A stretch of DNA of 64,000 bases from an uncultured Bdellovibrionales bacterium (lineage in GTDB: Bacteria; Patescibacteriota; Minisyncoccia; Moranbacterales; UBA1568), in NCBI GenBank assembly GCA_964543815.1, contig CAZIZG010000001.1:116265-180264 (forward strand), given 5' to 3'. How positions within the stretch are numbered: position 1 is the stretch's first letter; the number at the start of each line of letters is the position of its first letter. The notes beneath the pieces are model-generated. The model ran no database searches, was not told the origin of the DNA, and was given only the letters and a program-made list of their open reading frames with translations. The position numbers and the translations under genes are program-made. Positions 38,979 to 46,949 of the stretch are shown piece after piece.

Positions 38979-39916
38979 CTTCACCCCGCAATCTTAGCCT
39001 TTTATGGTAAATGTCTCAGTTATTACTACTCGATTACGAGATGAGATTAAGCAAAGTCATGCCCCTGTCACTGGCTATTTTATTGCCTGTGCACTCATAA
39101 CAGAGCATGCCATTTACATCGATCATAACTACGAGCACGAAGACTCATTGGTCTTTGAACATGCCGAACAAAGGGCCTTAGCCAAAGCCGTTAAAAACGA
39201 AGTATCGCCAAAAATTAAACAGGTTTTCATGTATGGGGAGGGAAAAGTGAAGAAGTTTAAGCATTATATTCCGTGTGCAGATTGCACTGATACACTCCAA
39301 CCCTACGTTGATTCAGGTACATCGATAACATTGTTGCCAACCCAAGAAACTAAGACTGAACTACATCTAGGCTTTAATGAAGTAAGGAATAGCTACACAT
39401 CGTACGAATACTCGAGTATTACAGATGCCACGAGACTTAAATACGAAACGTTGCTCAATGAAAAAGATCAGCGATTTATCTACGATCTTGTTGCGCTGGG
39501 AAAAGAAAGGGGGGCTACTTTTTTCTTAACTGGAAGCGCATCTCGACGAGGAGGATTCAGCAATCTCCTTCTTTCAAAGCTCAAGAAAACTTATGGTGAT
39601 TTAGATTTATTCTGCATGCTTTCAGATAAAGGGACGCTAAATGGTGTAATCGCATCAGTAGAGAGTCTTATTCAGACATACTATGGAGTCCTAAAAAAGG
39701 TAGTAAGACCTCTCCCCCCTTACCAGAATCGAAAAGACGTAGTCCTCACCAAGATTTACTATCACTTTGATTCTGAGACTGAGCCATTTGTTGACCTCAC
39801 ATTTAGCTTGGCATTAGATGGGTCATTTATCAGAAAAGAATACTTTGACCGAAACTGGTTTCATGAGCTAGCGTGGTAGACAGGGGTTATTCTCTCTTCA
39901 TCCCGCAATCACAGCC
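38979..39916 (+). repeat. 21-nt imperfect direct repeats flanking the deaminase-NTase gene
   Basis: CTTCACCCCGCAATCTTAGCC (38979-38999) and CTTCATCCCGCAATCACAGCC (39896-39916), 18/21 identical. Confidence 0.7.
39004..39879 (+). CDS. Cytidine-deaminase-fold domain fused to Pol-beta-type nucleotidyltransferase domain
   Basis: N-term SHAPVTGYFIACAL, HNYE, HAE, PCADC; C-term FFLTGSASR...YGDLDLF...FVDLTF. Confidence 0.75.
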   Translation: MVNVSVITTRLRDEIKQSHAPVTGYFIACALITEHAIYIDHNYEHEDSLVFEHAEQRALAKAVKNEVSPKIKQVFMYGEGKVKKFKHYIPCADCTDTLQPYVDSGTSITLLPTQETKTELHLGFNEVRNSYTSYEYSSITDATRLKYETLLNEKDQRFIYDLVALGKERGATFFLTGSASRRGGFSNLLLSKLKKTYGDLDLFCMLSDKGTLNGVIASVESLIQTYYGVLKKVVRPLPPYQNRKDVVLTKIYYHFDSETEPFVDLTFSLALDGSFIRKEYFDRNWFHELAW

Positions 39917-39940
39917 CCTAACCTCCTTGTAATCGATGTT

Positions 39941-40186
39941 ATGTCGAAAAAGACATCATTGCTCATCATCTGCATAACCTCCCTCCTCTGCTCGAGGATA
40001 TCGTTTGTATTCTTAAACGATCCTGAAGGCCCAAACCTCCTCATCGTTATCGGACTTGCCACTGTCCTCTCTCTTGTTTCTTGGACAATAGTCTCTCTTC
40101 TGCCCTGGGGCAATTCCAAAAAAGTGTCCGTAGCGATACTCATCCAAATACTCCTTGCCACTAGTTTCATCCTTCTCGGAAGATAG
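39941..40186 (+). CDS. Small membrane protein
   Basis: 81 aa, three hydrophobic segments, DPEGPNLL loop. Confidence 0.7.
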   Translation: MSKKTSLLIICITSLLCSRISFVFLNDPEGPNLLIVIGLATVLSLVSWTIVSLLPWGNSKKVSVAILIQILLATSFILLGR

Positions 40187-40214
40187 AAAAACGCCGCACA
40201 GCTTGGTGCGACGT
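40187..40214 (-). terminator. Rho-independent terminator
   Basis: ACGTCGCAC-caagct-GTGCGGCGT followed by T5. Confidence 0.65.
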
Positions 40215-40227
40215 GAGGAGTGACCCT

Positions 40228-40596
40228 CTAGAGGTCATCGGGTGAGATGACCTGCGTGTGATTCAAGCAGGATCGCAAAAAGACCGTGGCGGCATCCTTT
40301 GGTTTCCTCGGGATATCAAAGACCCGTAACAGTGCTTCCCGGAGGAAGCGCGTCGCTCCTGGACTTCGTACGAACCAACGCTTCTCTGGATCCATTCCAG
40401 ACAGGACAGTGACGTTGTCATCGAACAGGCCAACGATTTTTTTCTTCGAATAGCCATTGTCCCGTGACATGGCGGCATGCTCGATGAAATCACTTCCCTC
40501 GTGACACTCCCGCACCGTTGGCAGGAAGTCTTGAGCAAAGGAACTGGTTGAAATACCAATCCACAGTATCAGTATACAGATACTCCAAACGCGCAT
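40228..40596 (-). CDS. Hypothetical secreted protein (orphan cassette)
   Basis: Signal peptide ending SSFA, two Cys in mature part, AAGGAG SD, TTGACA-17-CAAGAT promoter (40656-40684). Confidence 0.75.
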   Translation of the reverse strand: MRVWSICILILWIGISTSSFAQDFLPTVRECHEGSDFIEHAAMSRDNGYSKKKIVGLFDDNVTVLSGMDPEKRWFVRSPGATRFLREALLRVFDIPRKPKDAATVFLRSCLNHTQVISPDDL

Positions 40597-40755
40597 GACT
40601 GTCTCCTTGTCGGCACGAGAATTGGAGGAAGAGTCGGGTAGTTACCCTTGCCCATATCTTGTCTCGATTTTTTCCTTTTGTCAAAGAAAAATTCTAAGCT
40701 GATGAGATATTTCTCTCTCAGAATGGTATACTGGATTGCAAGTAAAAGATACTCT

Positions 40756-41295
40756 ATGACAACATACGTCGCCCTCCTCCGGGGCATCAACGTCGGAGGG
40801 AATAACAAAGTAGAGATGAAAAAACTGAGAGCCGTCTTTGAGACGCTCGGATTTTCAAACGTCACCACCTATATCAACTCCGGCAATATCATCTTTACTT
40901 CGGACAGAAAAAATACCAAGAGTCTCGTATCAGACATTGAAACCGCCATCCAGGAATCCTTCGGCTTTGCCGTGAGAGTAATCGTGCGTGATGAAAAAAA
41001 TATTCGGACGATTGAAAAAGCCATTCCGAAAGAGTGGTCAAACGACACCAAACAGCGGACGGATGTCCTCTTCCTCTGGGAGGAATATGCCAAAAAAAGC
41101 ACCCTCAAGCTCATCGTCACCAACCCTGACATAGACACTCTACTCTACACTGGAGGCGCTATTGTCTGGCACATGAGCGACCGGAAGCACTACAGCAAAA
41201 GTGGTCTGCGGAAATTTATCAGCACCGAGATTTACAAGCACATGACCGCTCGCAATGTGAATACCCTCCGCAAACTTACGACTCTTTTTCCTTAA
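40756..41295 (+). CDS. DUF1697 family protein
   Basis: YVALLRGINVGGNNKVEM, VTTYINSGN, MTARNVNT. Confidence 0.92.
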   Translation: MTTYVALLRGINVGGNNKVEMKKLRAVFETLGFSNVTTYINSGNIIFTSDRKNTKSLVSDIETAIQESFGFAVRVIVRDEKNIRTIEKAIPKEWSNDTKQRTDVLFLWEEYAKKSTLKLIVTNPDIDTLLYTGGAIVWHMSDRKHYSKSGLRKFISTEIYKHMTARNVNTLRKLTTLFP

Positions 41296-41299
41296 ACGT

Positions 41300-41575
41300 A
41301 TGACAGAAATAAAGCGCGATTGGGATATTTTGACGGATGGAGAACGAAAACATGCCATCGATGAAATCATCGGATATTTTGCTACTGAAAGAAACGAGGA
41401 GATGGGTGTCATTGCGGCTAGCGAACTCCTCGATCTGTTTCTCCGAACTACTGGCGGCGCCGTCTACAACCACGCTCTCGATCATATCCGACCGCTCCTC
41501 GAAAAAAATCTCAACACCACTCTCCTCGATATTGATGTAACTCTCCGCAAAGAGATTATCAAGCAACTGTCCTAG
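41300..41575 (+). CDS. DUF2164 family protein
   Basis: IIGYF..ER.EEMG.IAA.ELLD.F....G..VYNHAL. Confidence 0.85.
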   Translation: MTEIKRDWDILTDGERKHAIDEIIGYFATERNEEMGVIAASELLDLFLRTTGGAVYNHALDHIRPLLEKNLNTTLLDIDVTLRKEIIKQLS

Positions 41576-41614
41576 ACACAAAATTACGCCTTAATTTTCT
41601 CAGAAGAAAATACG

Positions 41615-42856
41615 CTATTTAAAAACGATAGAATTGCCAGCGACATACCCGGTGGTCCAGCAGAGCTGGAGACTATAGCCCCCGGATGGACGGTCAATAT
41701 TCAAAACATCACCAACAAAGTGCAGATTGGAAAACTTCCGCGAACGCATATGTTTCCAATCTACTTCTTCCAGGGCTACCCCACCCGAAGTAACAATAGC
41801 TTTATCAGCTCCGAGAAGCCCATCAACCGTCAAGCGGAAATCTTTTGTTTTCCTCGCCAAAGACAAGCGCTCATCACGGGTCACACTGTGTACTGGAGTA
41901 TCTGGATTGATACCAGAGAGACCAAGGAGTGTCGGGATAAGGAGTGGCGTGAGAAATCCATCCAAGCCATTCTTCGCCTGTTTGTTCTTATTCGCTTCAA
42001 AACACGTTTGAATATCATGATCAATTTCGCCAATATTTTTCTCAGGAAAAAAATCTATTGAAACGGGGACGGTACCGTACTGGAGGAACTCAGCGATACT
42101 GCGACTCATATTGAGTACGAGCGGACCTGAGAGTCCCACATGAGTAAATAAAAGTTTGCCCCGTTTGCTTTCTATCTTGCGGCCCTGCTGAAAGTAACTC
42201 AGTTTTACGTCCGGAAAACTCGCTCCAGAAAGCGCATGAGCCCAAGTCTCACGCACGGTGAGTGGCACCAGCGCCGGTCGTGGGGCCACAATCGTATGAC
42301 CAATCTTTTCAAGCCACCGAAAGCCATCCCCTGTTGACCCTGTCTCTGGCCGCGACTGACCACCCGTGGCAAGGATATATGAATGCGCTCGCATGATGCT
42401 CCCATTTTTCATCCGTACCCCACTTATATTGCTCCCTACCACCTCTAGACCCGCCACTTCCATCCCGGTAAGAATCGTCACATTTCCCTCTCGCATATAC
42501 GAAACTAGAGCATCCCAAACTGACTGGGCATTATCAGAAACGGGAAACACTCGCTTCTCCGCCTCTACTTTGGTCGGCATGCCCCTCATATGAAAAAAGT
42601 CGAGAGTGGACTGCACCCCAAACTGAGCCAGAGGTGAATAGAGAAACTTGGCAGCCGTTCCAAACTTTTGAAGAAACAGGTGCTCATCAAATTCAGCATT
42701 CGTGATGTTCGAACGCCCACCACCCGTGATGAGGAGCTTCTGGCCCAAAGACGTGTTTTTCTCCAAGAGCACCACTCGGGCGCCACACTCAGCCGCTCGG
42801 CCAGCCGCCATCATCCCGGCCGGCCCTCCTCCGATAACAATAACATCGTAGTCCAT
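41615..42856 (-). CDS. HI0933/YhiN/BaiN-family flavoprotein
   Basis: GGGPAGMMAA, KLLITGGGRSNITN, RVFP, ATGG.S.PETGSTGDG, LLFTH.GLSGP, VTSGGV, GGYSLQ. Confidence 0.93.
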   Translation of the reverse strand: MDYDVIVIGGGPAGMMAAGRAAECGARVVLLEKNTSLGQKLLITGGGRSNITNAEFDEHLFLQKFGTAAKFLYSPLAQFGVQSTLDFFHMRGMPTKVEAEKRVFPVSDNAQSVWDALVSYMREGNVTILTGMEVAGLEVVGSNISGVRMKNGSIMRAHSYILATGGQSRPETGSTGDGFRWLEKIGHTIVAPRPALVPLTVRETWAHALSGASFPDVKLSYFQQGRKIESKRGKLLFTHVGLSGPLVLNMSRSIAEFLQYGTVPVSIDFFPEKNIGEIDHDIQTCFEANKNKQAKNGLDGFLTPLLIPTLLGLSGINPDTPVHSVTRDERLSLARKTKDFRLTVDGLLGADKAIVTSGGVALEEVDWKHMRSRKFSNLHFVGDVLNIDRPSGGYSLQLCWTTGYVAGNSIVFK

Positions 42857-42973
42857 ACTCTCATTGTACCAAGAAAAAGCATCATCACTCAGTTTTTGGT
42901 ATCTGTCAACAAAATTCCTTTTAAAAAACCGAAAAAAACACTATAATACGGGCATAATTCATCGCTTTTGACT

Positions 42974-43531
42974 ATGACGATCCAACAATACTCGCTCGTT
43001 CTTTCGGTTCTCGTCCTACTCCTTGGATCAGCCACCCTGCTTTCTATCATCTTATTTTTTTCTTCCGCGGCCTGGCGAGAAAAGATACAAACTGTTGCCT
43101 ATGACACCTGGATGAAACTCATTGGCATTTTCGCTACTATCGCGACACTGGGTGCCCTCACCTATCAGTTTATCTATCTCACTCCTGTTTGCCTCGATTG
43201 TTGGTGGCAACGCATCTTCATGTTTCCGATAGAAATCATCGTTCTTGTCTCGCTTCTCACCAAGAACAGACAGAACCACTTCCTCACCTGGTTTATGGCG
43301 AGCATCGGCATCCTCTTTTCTCTTCATCACTACTCCGAGCACTTCGAACGCTATGTCATGGGAAATGCCACACTTGTTCCCTGCTCCCCCACCCCCAGCG
43401 AACCACTCTGCGGACTTGCACCAACTGTTACCTTTGGTTTCATCACTATCCCATTCATGGCCGTCATCGTCTTTGCTGCTCTCATCTGGCTCTCCTATCT
43501 TGCTTTTCATAAGTCTCGTCAACCCAAATAA
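42974..43531 (+). CDS. dsbB: Disulfide bond formation protein B (DsbB/BdbC-like)
   Basis: PVCLDCWWQRIFMFP and second periplasmic Cys pair (PCSP...LC), FITIPFMA. Confidence 0.88.
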   Translation: MTIQQYSLVLSVLVLLLGSATLLSIILFFSSAAWREKIQTVAYDTWMKLIGIFATIATLGALTYQFIYLTPVCLDCWWQRIFMFPIEIIVLVSLLTKNRQNHFLTWFMASIGILFSLHHYSEHFERYVMGNATLVPCSPTPSEPLCGLAPTVTFGFITIPFMAVIVFAALIWLSYLAFHKSRQPK

Positions 43532-43536
43532 GCGCT

Positions 43537-43854
43537 ATGCTTACCTTTAGTGAACGCGTCGTAAAAATCGCTCTCTCCATTCCCGAAGGAAGAGTCACTA
43601 CCTATGGCCGCATCGCAAGAGCAGCCGGCGGTGGCCCCATGGCCTCACAAAGTATTACGGCGATACTCGGAAAGGCCTGGGAACAAGGTGAAAAAAATAT
43701 TCCTTTTCACCGCATCGTGTATGCGGACGGGCACATCTGGGTAGACGAAAAACATCGGACAACTCGGCTCAAACTCTACAAAAAGGAGGGTATCGAACTC
43801 GACCAAAAAAACCGTATCCAGAACTTTCGTTCCATCCTTTGGGAATTAACATAA
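43537..43854 (+). CDS. Alkyltransferase-like (MGMT family) DNA-binding protein
   Basis: IPEGRVTTYGRIA, IPFHRIV (no catalytic Cys). Confidence 0.88.
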   Translation: MLTFSERVVKIALSIPEGRVTTYGRIARAAGGGPMASQSITAILGKAWEQGEKNIPFHRIVYADGHIWVDEKHRTTRLKLYKKEGIELDQKNRIQNFRSILWELT

Positions 43855-43859
43855 AAAAT

Positions 43860-44669
43860 ATGCACAAGCCATCGAGTTTTCGTGATTATCTCATCGCTAC
43901 CCTCATCGCTACAACCCTCTTTGTTTTTTTTGGGTTCTACCTCTTTATCCGCCACGGCTTTCTCTGGAGCACTCCCACCACCACAGATGCCCTTTTTCTC
44001 CCCAATAAAGCCTTGGCTTCTGTCGCCATGACACTGCTCGCTTTTACCTTTCTCATTGGTCCCATCGTACGTTATTTTGACCGCTATGATACCTGGCTCT
44101 CCTACCGCAAAGAAATTGGTATCCTCGCCGGATTTCTCGCCATCGTTCATGGACTTATTAGCTACTGTCTCCTGCCAATCAAATTTCCCCAAGCCTGGAT
44201 TGACTTTACTGCTACGGAATTTCTTGCCGGACTTGTCGGTGCCATTACTCTCGCCGTCCTCTTCATTCTCTCCTGGAAAAGCATCATTCTCCTCGTTACT
44301 GGTGGCCCCTGGTGGTTCCTTCAACGTTTTGGTCTCCGGCTTGCTATTATCGCCACCCTCATCCATGTCTACGTGATGAAGTGGTCAAGTTGGACGACTT
44401 GGTTTACTCAGGGCAACACCCAGCCAACAGCTGAGCTTATTCGTCCAGAACTCCCAGCACTCGAACTCCTTGTCACTCTCTTTATCACTTGGGTAGTTGT
44501 GATTCGATTCTACGAAACAATTTTTCTATTTCGAGACTGCGGTTTCAAAGCCAAAGAAATCTGCATGGACCTCCAGATTAAGGCGCGAGGGCGACACTTT
44601 TTTATATGGAGTTTTTTGGTTTATCTTGTCCTTACCCTCATTATTCTTGTCCGCTATCTCATCCCCTGA
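43860..44669 (+). CDS. Ferric reductase-like/MsrQ-like transmembrane protein
   Basis: NKALA, YRKEIGIL, AIVHG, WWFLQR, TLIHV; multiple TMs with His residues. Confidence 0.7.
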   Translation: MHKPSSFRDYLIATLIATTLFVFFGFYLFIRHGFLWSTPTTTDALFLPNKALASVAMTLLAFTFLIGPIVRYFDRYDTWLSYRKEIGILAGFLAIVHGLISYCLLPIKFPQAWIDFTATEFLAGLVGAITLAVLFILSWKSIILLVTGGPWWFLQRFGLRLAIIATLIHVYVMKWSSWTTWFTQGNTQPTAELIRPELPALELLVTLFITWVVVIRFYETIFLFRDCGFKAKEICMDLQIKARGRHFFIWSFLVYLVLTLIILVRYLIP

Positions 44670-44680
44670 TTGGTACATCT

Positions 44681-45304
44681 ATGAAAAAAACGATTATCTT
44701 TGATCTTGATGGAACACTGGTTGATATTGAGCCAGTTTTTTTCCGTATCTTCAATAATCTTGCTAGAGAGTTTGGCTTCGCCCCCCTAAGAGAGGATGAA
44801 ATTCCGTATCTCAAACAGTTTCATCTCAAAGACCTGGTTTGGCAACGACTCGGGTGGCATGTCATCCTGCTTCCGTTTATTCTTCATCGTGGCCGGGAAA
44901 CATATCATTCGCTTGTTCCAGAAATATCTCTTTTTTCTGGTACTACCAATACGCTTTCCGCCCTCAAATCCAAAGGTTACCGTATTGGTATCGTTTCATC
45001 CAGTCGTAGAGATACTATCGAGGCTATCGTCAAACATTACGCTCTTCCTGTCGATTTCATGTATCATGGACAACTGTTCAATAAAGCACGCTCTCTCAAA
45101 ACCGTCCTCTCAAATGAACACCTTGATGTCTCAGAAACACTCTACGTTGGCGATGAAGTTCGCGACATCGAGGCCTGTCACAAGATTAACCTTGATATCA
45201 TCGCTGTCTCCTGGGGTCTTAATAGTAAGGATTCCCTCAAGAACACGCGTGCTCTAACCGTCGATACCCAAGCAGAACTACTCGCTGCCATCATCGCCGC
45301 CTAA
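44681..45304 (+). CDS. HAD-superfamily hydrolase (PGPase-like)
   Basis: FDLDGTLVD, GIVSS, YVGDEVRDIEA, VSWG. Confidence 0.92.
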   Translation: MKKTIIFDLDGTLVDIEPVFFRIFNNLAREFGFAPLREDEIPYLKQFHLKDLVWQRLGWHVILLPFILHRGRETYHSLVPEISLFSGTTNTLSALKSKGYRIGIVSSSRRDTIEAIVKHYALPVDFMYHGQLFNKARSLKTVLSNEHLDVSETLYVGDEVRDIEACHKINLDIIAVSWGLNSKDSLKNTRALTVDTQAELLAAIIAA

Positions 45305-45307
45305 ACT

Positions 45308-45336
45308 TAAAACACCCTTCTCGCGAGGGTGTTTTG
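45308..45336. terminator. Bidirectional terminator between convergent operons
   Basis: AAAACACCCT-tctcgcg-AGGGTGTTTT. Confidence 0.75.
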
Positions 45337-45356
45337 TTATTTATCTGTCTGATTTT

Positions 45357-46940
45357 TTAGAGATCGTTTCCGGTGTAGGAAAGATTGAAGCTCTTGTTGA
45401 TAAGTGGAAAATCAGGCACCATGTCCCGCCCAATAACATACGGGAAAAGCTGCCAGTTCAAAAACGAGGGGTCGCGCACTTTGACACGAGAAATAGTTCC
45501 TGTGGCGTCAGTCATCACGAAGTAAGTAATATCTCCACGCCATCCCTCGACCGTTCCTACCGCATGACGATTGGCTAGCAAGGCTGGCATAGCAATACGG
45601 CACTCACTTGTTTCATGAATGAGGAGCGCCAGCACCTGATTGAGCAAGCGAAATGACTGAGTCACCTCACGTGCTCGTACCCGAAAGCGAGCATAGACAT
45701 CACCAGACTTCTCAGTCATCACCCCGAACTGAACCATATCATAGGCCGCATATGGGAAATCCGCCCGAGTATCAATTTCCAGTCCACAGGCCCGAGCAGC
45801 AATACCGACCGCGCCATGATCAGCCGCAACGGCCGAATCGAGAGTCCCTGTCCCTTTAAGACGGTTAAGCATCGAATCACTTTCTTTCGTTACTGCTACA
45901 ACCTCCATATAGTCCTTCTCTAGAAGTTCCAAATCATCATGTAGTTCTTTGACAAGAGCCGTTTCAATATCACGGGTCACACCCCCATAAGCAACGACGC
46001 CACGCAAAAATCGGCTGCCCGTCAAGCGTTCGTTCCATTGCATGACGCGTTCACGAAGCCGGGATCCGTGGCTGCCGCCAAAGGAAAATCCGGTATCCAG
46101 CATAATAAATGCTAAGTCATTGAAATGATTAGCGAGCCGCTCCAACTCACCATAAACTACCCGAAGCAGTTTAGCACGCGTTGGCACCGAAACATCAGCC
46201 ATATCTTCAACCGCCTGAGCAAAAGCCAAAGCATGATGATACGAACTGTCCCCCGAAATACGCTCTGCAAGGGTCAGTTTCTTATCCAAAGCCAAGTGCT
46301 CAAAAAGTTTTTCAGTCCCCTTGTGTACATAACCCAAACGAGGCTCGAGACGCAAAATTTCCTCACCCAAAACACTAAATCGAAAGTGGCCCGGTTCAAT
46401 GATACCGGCATGGACTGGTCCTACTGGAATTTCATAGACGCCTTCACCTTCGTACTTCTGAAATGTCGGATACGCTTTATGCTCTGGTGGTGTCACCACA
46501 GCGTTCCAAGCAAATTCCTTGCGAAGCGGATAAGTATTATCAGGATAATTTTCTTGGTGGAGATTGATACGGTTGGCCTGTGGATGACCAGCTGGAGTCA
46601 AACCGAAGAAAGTCTTGATTTCTTGTTCGTACACCGCAAACTCATGATCAATTGGGGTTAGCGAAGGGAAAGTCTCACTTCCACCCAAAGAAAGAAAAGG
46701 GATAAGAAAAATATTATCTTTCGGTACACCAAAAACATAATATACCCGAAAGGCACCCTGTTCGGCACGCTCATCGGTCGCCGTAACGGTTTTGAGTGGC
46801 AAAGCATGATCATGTTTCAGTGATATCACTAACGATTTCAAATCATGCTCGGATACTTGAAAAAGAAAGCTTCGTCCCTCTTGTTTCAGCTGATAGTTCT
46901 CAAGTCCGAACCGAGTAATCAGGGTATTCTGATCAGTCAT
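45357..46940 (-). CDS. Ehr/HyfG-like large subunit (NuoC+NuoD fusion) lacking NiFe-binding CxxC motifs
   Basis: YPLRK, VGPVHAGIIEPGHFRF, LGYVHKG.EK; ERISGD in place of RxCGxC; NKSFNLSYTGNDL in place of DPCxxC. Confidence 0.92.
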   Translation of the reverse strand: MTDQNTLITRFGLENYQLKQEGRSFLFQVSEHDLKSLVISLKHDHALPLKTVTATDERAEQGAFRVYYVFGVPKDNIFLIPFLSLGGSETFPSLTPIDHEFAVYEQEIKTFFGLTPAGHPQANRINLHQENYPDNTYPLRKEFAWNAVVTPPEHKAYPTFQKYEGEGVYEIPVGPVHAGIIEPGHFRFSVLGEEILRLEPRLGYVHKGTEKLFEHLALDKKLTLAERISGDSSYHHALAFAQAVEDMADVSVPTRAKLLRVVYGELERLANHFNDLAFIMLDTGFSFGGSHGSRLRERVMQWNERLTGSRFLRGVVAYGGVTRDIETALVKELHDDLELLEKDYMEVVAVTKESDSMLNRLKGTGTLDSAVAADHGAVGIAARACGLEIDTRADFPYAAYDMVQFGVMTEKSGDVYARFRVRAREVTQSFRLLNQVLALLIHETSECRIAMPALLANRHAVGTVEGWRGDITYFVMTDATGTISRVKVRDPSFLNWQLFPYVIGRDMVPDFPLINKSFNLSYTGNDL

Positions 46941-46949
46941 AAGCGTACG

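Noticed and set aside
37554-45304. Classical integrative island with attL/attR at tRNA-Gln
   Set aside because: No integrase and no exact duplicate of the tRNA 3' end was found; only short degenerate motifs (reported as a finding)
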